Source of the DNA: Eledone cirrhosa
Lineage: Eukaryota
Direction: 5' to 3'
DNA: 64,000 nt
Assembly: GCA_964016885.1 (NCBI GenBank)
Contig: OZ024742.1
Coordinates: forward strand, 216,380,001-216,444,000
Positions 53,171-64,000 of this stretch are shown here, piece after piece. The stretch's first letter is position 1. Each line of letters starts with the position of its first letter. The position numbers and the translations under genes are program-made. The notes under the pieces are model-generated. The model saw only the letters and a program-made list of their open reading frames with translations, was not told the origin of the DNA and searched no databases.

Positions 53171-53898
53171 ACCCTAGATATCGGGGCATGTTCGAAAAAT
53201 ACATGCAGTCGTCATGTCATGTTGCAGAAAGTGGCGATGCGCTTGCGACCTGTCCTTAGAGGCGTGGGATGGACGCACAAAGACTGCGTTGTCTATGATT
53301 GTATGTAAATATAGATGCATAAAAACAGTGATTTCACCCTTTGATATAAACGAATTGAATATGGGTATTATGTCAAAAGTGTTAAAATGAAATTTTGAAA
53401 TAAGTTTTCGTTGAAATTTTGTTGGTTGAATTTTAGAATGTAATGTCGTCGTACAATACTGTAACTCAAAAATCCTGTAGCAGACATACTTGGCGTAAAG
53501 TGTTACTTGAATAGATAAATTAAACAATGTACAGCAGGCATAGAAGGAAAATGAAAACAAGCAATCAGTATTCACTTTAAACAAATTCTGTTTATTCAAT
53601 CTAGTCTACGTCTCACCTTTCATATATGTAATCAGCCGAGCTTTTTATTCAATATCATTCCTAAATGTCCGAAACAACTAAAATCTTCCAACAAATTCAA
53701 ACAAAATCTAGAAACATTTATGGAGTAAATTACGGGAAACTCGGCATTGAACTCTAACATTTTATCATAGGCAATACTTGCATGAATTGTGCACTAATTA
53801 CAAACATATTAGATCAAATAAGTAAGTGACTAAGTGTTCTGACAATGTACAAAATCCATATAGGTTATGTGAAGGAGGTAAATGGAAAACTATGTTTT

Positions 53899-54016
53899 GT
53901 TTACGGTCACATCACAGTGGAAACATCAGTTCTCGATCGATCAGCGAAGTTAAGCAGCGTTGTGGCTAGCTAGTACACATATAGGTGACCGCGTGCGAAA
54001 CCAATGTGTTGCAATG
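53899..54016 (+). pseudogene. 5S rRNA-derived sequence (SINE head)
   Basis: gtttacggtcacatcac...gttctcgatcgatcagcgaagttaagcagcgt...tagtac...ggtgaccgcgtgcgaa aligns by eye with the metazoan 5S rRNA consensus. Confidence 0.8.
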
Positions 54017-54335
54017 TGAAGGCTCGTGGCTTAGTGCATTAGACTCACAATTGTGAAGTTGTGAGGACGATTCAAGAAACGGGTGGTGAGTTGTGCACTT
54101 CAGAAATTCACTTTATTTCACGTTGATCCAGTTCACTCAACTGTAGAAATGAATTGCCACGTCACAGGTACCTTGCTCTCTCGGCCTTTGACTTTCCATT
54201 AGACAACATCAGTGACGTGGAGAGGTGTGATTAATATGCATTGGCGACTGTTTGTCGTCCACAAAATTACCATGTCAGTGTTTGTGACACTGAAGGATAC
54301 TTTCTAGGTGCAAACTCATGCTCATTTGCCACCGA
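54017..54335 (+). mobile_element. tRNA-like plus core SINE body directly after the 5S head
   Basis: gtggcttagtg A-box-like motif; cactttatttcacgttg...ccagttcactcaactg similar to the 23107 family. Confidence 0.55.
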
Positions 54336-55584
54336 AAGAATCCTGAGACGATTTTGTTAGGCTCCATTACTTGTTAAAATAACTCATTTTCTCACAGGCT
54401 CCTCCAGATTATTCCATAAAGCCAAATAGCTATGCTATATAAGTTCCTCATAATTTTTTTTCTATTGTTATTGATTATAATTGTTTTGTATTTAGACCCT
54501 CAAAGTATTCTTCACTGTAGAGATTAATCCTATCTGCAGCTGGTGCACATAAAACATTCCTATTTCCAACTACATTCTACAAGGACGTTATGATATTTAT
54601 GTAACAAATCAATATATACATGTTTTCACATATATTGGAGTGCACTCTATCGTTGTTCCTCACAGCGCCTCATTTACGTCACTCATGCATTTAATAGAAA
54701 AAGCATAAAATATTAATGTCAAAGCCTTGCATTGCTCTTTTTTTTAAATTCCGTGTTATGTAAGGAATCGATATTTTCTTACGCGAAAAAAGATTTAAGC
54801 CAGTTTGAAAGTGTAACATAATGCACCTGGTGCCTTTTTGTATCTAATATGTTCTCTAACAATTATGATTTCAAATCTACTGTGAACAATTTTGTATTCG
54901 TTTATTCTAAATTCCTAATATACCAACATAATGAAGGTTATTCAAATAGCTCGATCTTAAAATATTATATTTGTATTGGAATGGAAATGGTTTAAATATT
55001 TGGATTCTGGAATTTCATGGTTGTTTAGCCCCAATCATCTATAAGACTTATGTTCAAATCTGAACCAGATATGACCCCCCCCCCTCCTGTACTTTTATAT
55101 ATCTCCAATTTCTTCTTCCTTATAAGATAGTAGGATGTAAATTGCCGGGATTCAGCTGGTATATCTAGCAGTTCGATTTATCATGTAGAAGCTCTCTTTC
55201 TATTATATACAGATTTTGTATGTCAAGCAATAGATGTAAGTCTCCATTCTCCTCAATTCAAATATGCATTATACGGTTTCAAATATGCATTATACGATTT
55301 GAATTCAAAAGTAAATTTTTATTTTGAAATATAAGACTAGTTTTTAACGAATAATCATAATAGTGATGTTTAAATGCTACTTAAATCAACTGCGTCATTC
55401 CCTTTTATCATTTTACAAGATGAAATCTATCTAAAGTACTGTGGTCTATTTGATCCCAGAGAACAGCTCAGCTCACAAACTATGATGTCGTAATTATTTG
55501 TGTCTATATAGACAAGAATGGTTTCTAATTGTGTATTGTAATTTCTTCTTAATACACTGCATCCCAGGTAAGCTAATATAGTAC

Positions 55585-55771
55585 TGTGGATTGGCAGTAT
55601 CAGTAGAGAGTCAGACGCCATGCTTTGCAGCAAAGAGTTACGGCCCTTTATGGTCTGAGTACAAATCCCGCCAAGGTTAACTTGGCCTTTCATCCTTACA
55701 GGGTCGATAAAATAAAGTACCAGTAATGTACTGGTTCATTGCTGGCCTTGTGCCAAAAGTAGAAACAATTA
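55585..55771 (+). mobile_element. tRNA-derived SINE
   Basis: Family motifs. Confidence 0.85.
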
Positions 55772-55819
55772 TAACCACTCACAATTCTGAGTTCCCACAG
55801 TAGATTGTTCGATCTACAT

Positions 55820-56009
55820 ATTGTTTCTACTTTTGGCACAAGGCCAGCAATTACCCTAGTGCATTACTGGTACTTTATTTTATCGACTCCGTAAGAATGA
55901 AAGGCAAAGTTAACCTCGGCGGGATTTGAACTCAGAATGGCAAAGGCCGTAACTCTATGCGTCAAAGTATGGCGTCCGACTCTCTACCGATACTGCCAAT
56001 CCATCGCCC
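55820..56009 (-). mobile_element. tRNA-derived SINE with an apparent target-site duplication (ttcgatctacatattg)
   Basis: Family motifs; ttcgatctacatattg at about 55808 and 56010. Confidence 0.85.
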
Positions 56010-59000
56010 TTCGATCTACATATTGATAGCGAAAGTGTATTCGGTTTACAATGTCCAAGTTCTTGTTTGTTTCCAGATGGGACCTAATTTAGCAGGTATT
56101 TACATATTCCAAGTGTAACCAAGTCGTTTTAAAACTCCCTATATTAACCAATATTCCAATCCGTTTTTTTAAATATGAAAGATATGAAGTACGTACACTA
56201 GTTTCAAGAAAGAAATAATTTCCTTTCTCTGTTTATTGTCTGTATACTACGGACTGCAAGTGGTAACGTCACCTAGCTTCCCTCATGTTGTCTTAGTTAT
56301 ATCGTAAAGTGCAAACAATAATGTTACTGCATTTCTGAATGCCAATATATAAAACTTTATCTAATTGTCTTGTCATTTTTATATATTTATCACCGATATG
56401 CATTGGTTAAATACACACATACACGCACATACACACACACACAACACACACATACACACACACACATATACACACACAAACACAGATAGACACACATTCA
56501 AAAGCTATCACAAATTCTACTTTCAGTTATATATAATATGATAGTAGTGGTGATTGAATAATGATGAGGTGGTTATGGTAAATTTCGATATGACCATAAT
56601 AACATTGCAACACATCTGCAGGACAATGCAATAAATGTGACAAAGACTGAACTAAACTTTCATTTTATCCTGATTTTTCACTTCGTTATACTTTACTTTT
56701 CTTTTCCTACATTTTTGTCCTCATTTGGTCTGACATTTTATCAAAAAGAAATCTTTTTAGAAGAATTCAATAGATTTCTATTTGATTGTAGCTTTGTATT
56801 GTGTACACATTTATATGTTCCTTTTGTTTTAAGTCATGATATTACATTTTTTTTTTAATTTGAATATTAATTAAACTCGAAATCTAAAGCATTCAAGTCA
56901 TATACTGGAATTTGATGAAGATTTATTCAGTCTTAAGCTGACCGTATTATTCATAAGTAGTCATTTGTACTTTGTGTTATTTGGTGTAATATATTGTTTT
57001 TAATGTATATATGGCAAGATTAAGATTAAGCATGTCAAAGAAAAATAACAAACATTAATAATACAGCAAATAATTTAACAAGGCAAAATAATTTTGTCAA
57101 ACATCTTGAAGTAAACTGAAGTATATTGCTATTTAAACACGCTCTATTTTAATTTTCAAAAAGAAATTTTAAATACCACAACTAATGCGTATATTTTCTT
57201 TCAAACAAGATTTTCTGTAATTAATGTATTTAATCCAAATAAGAAACATAAAAATCATTGCAATTATATTCAACAATGTGAAATGGGAAAGAAAAGAATT
57301 ACAACGTAAAGTGAACTTCTTGTCGTCATTAGCGTTTGTGTTTTTTTTTTTTAATAGTTGTTTTCTGTTGTAATTATTTGTTGCATGTATTTTAAACTCT
57401 ATTCTTACAAAGTTTCGACCAAGATAATTATTAAAAACCATTTTAAAAACGCTATTTCATCCTATAACCAAGATTATAATATTTCTACATGGACTGGAAG
57501 TTGAGAATAACAACGTGCGGATAAATACATCTGAATTTCACTGAAGTACACACTTCAGTTTCTCTGCCCAAGGTTATTTTGCCTCTTATGACATGCCTAC
57601 ATTTTCATGGAGTTTTTGAAAGGAACATTCGACCAAACATTTATCGAAGTGCGTTGGATAATATATAGACCATGACACCATTCTCTGTAGGTAGTATCGT
57701 GATAACATATAAGAACATCTGCTAACGGTGTGATTAACATCCACAGTCTTCAGGTTTTACCTGTATCCTTATCCTTCAAAACGTGAAGTGGTGTTACTTT
57801 CATTTCAATATTTTCTGACAATATACGTGAAGCTATGCGTGAAGCTATGCGTGAAGCTGTATTGAAAAGCATATGGCCAGCTTGTTTACGCTTTAGATAT
57901 AGGCAGATTTTAATGTTGTTGGCGTAGAATATTTGGGGGTTTGTTAATTGATTTTAGATTTTAACATCAATGGCGCGAATGTCATCTAGCATCTACAGAA
58001 TTCATAGCGTATACCATAATTGGTGCTGCCTTCTGTGTGATGTTTGATGTTTATTCAGAGCTGAATAAGCACACACTAACTTTAGTGTCTTCATCAAAAG
58101 CATCTATGGCTACTGTATAGCCTTCTTTCTACTTTAATATCAAGATCATATTGGATCCCATGTAATTTTTGTTTAGATGCTTACCAAGAGGATACTACTG
58201 ATACTATCTCGTTTCAAAATATCAACTTCTCTTTTCAAAATCACCTATCGTGTTGCAATTAAAACATTGCTTATCAATACCAGGACAATTTGAAAGTCAT
58301 GCAAGGTTTTCAATCCACTCAGAGATTGTATTTCTGGTTAAATTGGAGTTATTTTGCCCACAGTGCAAACATAAGGTTAAATGCGCAGGTTTTACTATCA
58401 TTATGAGTCTAAGTAGAGCTGCAACGGACTGCTTTTTATTGATTCCCCTGTTTATTATTTAGCAGAAAGCATCTCTAATAGGATCTTTCCAAAAGATATA
58501 GGAAATTTATAACAATTTGCTATTTGTCTAAGAGTTATTAATAGTTTTTCTAGTCTTGTATTTCGATGAATACGATTTCATTCGTTTACTGCATCTATAT
58601 TTGCTACTGGTAAATTTAGAGGCAATTTGTTTCTCATTTTTATATATTTTTGAAGCGTATATCCCTTCATAATCAAACTTTTTTTTATTACATTTTCCTT
58701 TATTTATTTGTAATTTCTGACTACACTACTTCATCATGGTAACCAGCTGCTGTATATTCCTGCCTGAGTAGAAATAAATCCAATTAATCATTCACATCTG
58801 ACTTCAATAACTCTAAGATATCTTTCAAACGGGATAATGAATTTATCCAAGGCCTCTGCAGAAATATCCGTTATCGTTAGAGAGCTGATTCTTATTGATG
58901 ACGTATTTGACTGTAGTATCTTGTAATTCGTGATTTCAAGGTGTTAACGACAGACATAATTTAGTCACTATCTGTAATTTGGAGGAGTTATATGTAAAAG

Positions 59001-59365
59001 GATTTCAGACTTTAAAACTTGACGTGGAACGAACCCGTTTCATTCAATAGTTATAAGTGACGAACACGCAGACAAACAGACAGACAGACAGGTAGATGAA
59101 CAATAGATAAAGAATTAGGCATTTAAATAAAGGCTGAATAAATACGTACATTGAAGCCAATATTAATGTATCTATTTCCTTATTAATGCATTTGATATCA
59201 TCCACGAATTATGGCAATCTTCCATTAAATCCAGTAACATTATAACATTTTATTTCAGCATTTACTTCTAAATACCTCACCGTTCACTGTATTGAACATA
59301 AACATTTCACATCTTCACACATGCACACACACATACTCACATACATACACACACGCGAGCACACA

Positions 59366-59448
<83 letters not shown>

Positions 59449-59689
59449 GTTAGATGCTAATACAACCGTGTAAGGCAAAGAATAATTAAAAGCTCAAATG
59501 TAATTTTATAGTGCATAGTAAGATAGGTAAAAGACAGTTCAGAATGTAATCCAATTAGTAGATTTCAAGTTACAGTAGTTTACAACCACAGAGCATATAT
59601 AAAATGAATGAAAAGAACCAGGATTAAATTACATTAAATTATTCAATAGATTTACGAACGTTTCTTTCAGTACAGTAGGAAGTACAATG

Positions 59690-60720
59690 ATGAGCTCGAA
59701 GGCATTTTACTTACTGTGAAAGCATTCAGTGATGTAGCTTGATAAGTGTGCCAAGGCCACTTTCAATAAAGGGCAGTTGATAAACTCAAATTCCGTTGAA
59801 CTAGATGTTGAAATAATTATAAAATAACTTGAGCCGTAACCAGCCTATAAATAACGGGATTCAGCATGCAAGTACGAAATAAAAGATAAGGAAGAAATAT
59901 TATAGGAGATTACGAGCAGTACTGAAATCTGAGCTAAATGCACCTGACAAGGTGTTAGCTATAAATTCCTTAGCAGTTCCAGTTGTTAGTTACATCTTCA
60001 ATGTTTTGAACTGCTATATCAGTTAAATAAAGAGAATTGATACAAAAAGTCGTAAGTAGGAAATGCACTGATGTTGATCGACTTCACCTTCCTACCTTTC
60101 AGAACTCAAGGAAGCCGAGGCTTGGCTCAGTCTGAACTCTCTTACGAAACGACCCTTGGATTTCCTAAATATCTCGAAACTATAAACTACTGGATGCTAG
60201 AACGCGTTGAAAATCATGAAAAGAGTACAAAAACTTGAAAGAAAACAAATAATTTGCATCTGATCTCATGGCTAACATACTCGAGAGATCAAGGGAATTG
60301 TTGGTGTAAAGCAAGTAAAATTAATTGCTAAGAAAAAAGGCATAAACAATTATCATCGAGGTGGGAGAAGAAACCTCTGCATAACAAATAAGTTGCCCGT
60401 AGCAAACAAGCTGATGTTGATTGGAAACACACCCATCAGTGGCAACGTAGCTCAGAGTGCAAAGGCGTCATCTTAGCTACTCAAGATCAAAGCTTATTAA
60501 CGCGTAACTATCAAGTCAATGTGTTGAGGAGTAGATCAGCAATGATGAGCTTGTAACAGTGAACCACTTAATCTCTAGGTGTAAAGTTTTAGCACCAGTA
60601 GAGTATAAATCAAATGATTACAGAGTTGGATAATATCCATACTGGTTAATTTGTCACCATTGTAAAATCAATACTACTGACAAGCGATATAAACAATTCT
60701 CTGACAATGTAACTGTCATG
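59690..60720 (+). mobile_element. Degraded R4/Dong-like LINE fragment
   Basis: DVDRLHL…GL (about 60070), ILATQDQSLLTRNY (about 60470) and WLIC (about 60640) parallel the motifs at 35535-36628. Confidence 0.6.
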
Positions 60721-60859
60721 GAGCATGACCCTCCCAAAGTATAACAATATATGTTTCAACAGACGTTTTCTGCGTTTTCTGATACAAAATCTTGCAAAAC
60801 AAATACAAAAACAATAGTCAAAATAGTCAATATTTTTCTTTGTGCTACACTTGCTTATA

Positions 60860-60920
<61 letters not shown>

Positions 60921-60926
<6 letters not shown>

Positions 60927-61315
60927 GTGGTCTACCTTTCGTGGCAGGGTCTATACCATAGTTAGAACTCAATGTATTCCGTTATCAAGTATTTCAGTGA
61001 GATCTAGAGATTGGTTCCATTGTTTCACCGAGTTAATCCTTCAGATACAGAGTCTTATATAATAGATATTACTATAACAATAATAATAATATCAAAGGAA
61101 AGTTATTTTACAAAATGCTTTCATTGTTTTACTATCGTTTCGGAGGGTTGATCATATTATTATATTGATTGATCTATAGTAGTTAGTGAACTGTATGCTA
61201 TCAGACATAATATATGGGTTCGATGATACCATCTTCTTCAGATACGATCGTAAAACAGTGAAAGAATTTCGTAAAATATCTTGCCTTTCTTATTATTATC
61301 ATTGTTAAACTAATA

Positions 61316-61320
<5 letters not shown>
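60921..61320 (-). mobile_element. PLE-derived HHR-bearing fragment with a 5' inversion, between (TA)n tracts
   Basis: Minus strand CTGAAGA (about 61235-61241)…GAAA-cgatag-TA-aaacaatg (about 61122-61141). 61243-61320 is an inverted copy starting at the cgatcg stem III. The left end resembles 47575-47630. Confidence 0.6.
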
Positions 61321-61385
<65 letters not shown>

Positions 61386-61919
61386 AGAGTGAGAGAGAGA
61401 GAGAGAGAAAAGATAAGAAATAAAGTATGTTGATGTAGAAAATGTACCATTAGTTTAAACTCACTTATTATTATCGCTTGAGAATAGATTACAAAGTATT
61501 AAATCAAAATTACAATGAAATAGAAAGAAAGAAGTTGCATACCACAGTGAAGCTACCGAAGAGGCTTCTGTCAACTTTTCTATATTGCTAACTGGCAACC
61601 GAAGGATCAAGAGGAGTAAGTACTGACGTGACATTCACAAATGCTTAGTCTTGCAGAAAACCAGGTATTCCCGTAACTGTCTAATAATTGTCTGCAAAAG
61701 TGCTTGTATGAGTATGACGTCAAACAATCAGATTGTCAGCCATTCTTAATGTACCTGCCTTGAAAACATTTCTCCAAATAACATTTGAGCTTCGAGAAAT
61801 TTCAACATATTTGCTAATTATTTTTTATTTATTCGCTTTTTATCGTGTACATATATACACATATATACAAATAGGTATGTATATATGTGTGAGTATATAT
61901 ATATAAATACCTATATATG

Positions 61920-62019
<100 letters not shown>

Positions 62020-62650
62020 CTGGGGGTGTAGATGGGTGGGTGTGGATATCTGTGTATACATGTATATGTATCACACACACACTCACACAGAAAGACACAA
62101 ACACACATGTGTATATGTATATATATATATATGTGTGTGTGTGTGCGTGCGAATTCCTCTTCTTTCCTATATTTCCTATCGTTTAAAGTGTATTTATATT
62201 CGTTATTTTTTACCACAGAAAATAACGCTTCCTTTTCTCTCCACATTTGAACTATTCTTTTCATAAAATATTTTTTTATTATAATTCTCCTCTTTCCTTT
62301 TTTCCTCTCTAAGTATTTGTTTTCTCTCACCGATTTCTTCATGTAGTTTACCATTTCATTCAATTTTTTGTCATCCTTATAGCTTTGATTTGTTCAATAC
62401 CTCCCTACATCATATCGCATTTGCCATAAAACAACGTATCCAGAAAAAAGTTTTGCATGTTTTCTATTTTTTTTTTCTTTTCTTTACATATTTATTTCCT
62501 TTCTGGTAAGTCCGCGCCTGAAAATGTAGCTCAGTAATTCTTTAAGGGATTTACATAAATACAAACATACACGCGAATGCGCACACACACTTGTACTCAC
62601 ACACACTCACAGACACCCACTCACATACACACACACATACACACACGCAC

Positions 62651-62692
<42 letters not shown>

Positions 62693-64000
62693 ATCTGTGA
62701 GCGTATATATATATGTTTGTATGTATGTATGCATATATAAACATCCAAATATATATATGTATATTTCTTTATGGGTGTGTGTATGAGCATGTGTAGATGC
62801 AAGCATGCACATACATATTCTTTTCTCCATTAATTCTATTTCGCTATCCTGAGATCTTGTTCTTTTCTTTAAAAACTCAGAACACAATCAATACTAGATG
62901 TAATGTTATCGATCTGACACAGAATGAAATCATACATTTACAAATTATTCAATATTACTTTTCTCCAGCATCTTGCTTTCTAAGCTCTCCACATACATGC
63001 ATACATTTATGCATAATGTATTCATACACAGCCACATATATACAAACACACACGAATGAATGTATATTTGTGTGCGTGTGTGTATGTGTTAGTTTGGGTG
63101 TCAGTGTAATTATACGTGTATATATATATATATATGCATTTACAAGCTTCATTCTATATATGGACACATATATACCTATATACATACATTTACATATATA
63201 CGAAGTATATGCATTTATATCTATATCTCTATATATTGAATATATGCATATATATAAATATATATTGATGCTTTTATGCATATGTGTGTGCGTTTCTACG
63301 TATATACGTATTTATGCATGATTGTATATTATTTATTTCTGTTTTCTTTTTTGGAGGGGGTACACCATTTTTTTTTCTTCTTTCTTGTGTTCTTTTATGT
63401 CATGTGACTCTTGGTATATTTCTTTATATTCTTTTCATCTTGTCTTTATTTTTAATTTATGTTCAGTGTTCCATCACAACGTATATTTAAAAGAATTTCT
63501 GCCCTAGAAAAATATTTGTTTTCATAAAACTTTATGTTTTATCTTCAAGGTTGCCTCTTAATGTTTTGTTGTTTATTTTTTTACATATATTGAAGTTGAT
63601 GTCTATGTTTCGTTACACTTAATATGGAATACATATTCTATTGATATTTGGAGGGGGCTTTGTTGCTGTTTCTTTAAATTCCATATGTTTTTACTATGTC
63701 TATTCTTTGATAATTTTTATCATATTGTTTAGTTCAAGCTTTATTTGCTTTCCACTTATAATTGGTTGTCAATAATTTCGCATGATTTTTCACACTTAGA
63801 GTTTACTTTACTTACTTTAAATCACATTTCGTGAATAAGAGCGTCGTTGTATACATGTTTCAAACAGTATTCTGATGAGTGCAGTATATTTACAATGAGT
63901 GGAATGGCATGACTATAACTGCTTGCAGCTTGGACTCAACTAATATTTCAATGGAAACCACCACTTTATTCATGTTCATGTCTTTGTTTAAAACATATGT

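Noticed and set aside
53899-54016. Functional 5S rRNA gene
   Set aside because: Many substitutions, no oligo-T terminator, and it is fused to SINE-like sequence.
57500-59000. Non-repetitive stretch that might be a decayed coding element
   Set aside because: I could not recover recognisable protein motifs by eye.
63865-63940. CTGATGA with a possible gtgc/gcat stem II
   Set aside because: No GAAA and no convincing stem I.

Overview
AT-rich, microsatellite-saturated animal genomic DNA with no host protein-coding gene I can support. The SINE content and (TA)n/(CA)n density suggest an octopus or other coleoid cephalopod (inference). The window contains a near-complete Penelope-like element (PLE; RT plus GIY-YIG, about 28.7-32.9 kb, minus strand), a 5'-truncated second PLE (47.6-50.3 kb), R4/Dong-like and Tx1/L1-like LINE fragments, non-autonomous Helitrons, many tRNA-derived SINEs and a 5S+tRNA composite SINE. 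The main hidden signal is RNA structure. Reading both strands shows type I hammerhead ribozyme (HHR) motifs at more than a dozen loci, intact or degenerate, from roughly ten different sequence families. Most sit in short non-coding elements beside (TA)n tracts, and several carry 5' inversions. The clearest case is a 310-bp head-to-tail array (19248-20994; 5 identical units, a partial unit and an inverted tail) with one HHR per unit, i.e. a candidate retrozyme able to make a 310-nt circular RNA. A diverged monomer at 35.2 kb keeps the same fold. The autonomous PLE also has an upstream coiled-coil/RS-rich ORF that overlaps the RT frame at an in-phase U_UUU_UUA -1 slippery site. All folds were read by eye; none were computed or tested.
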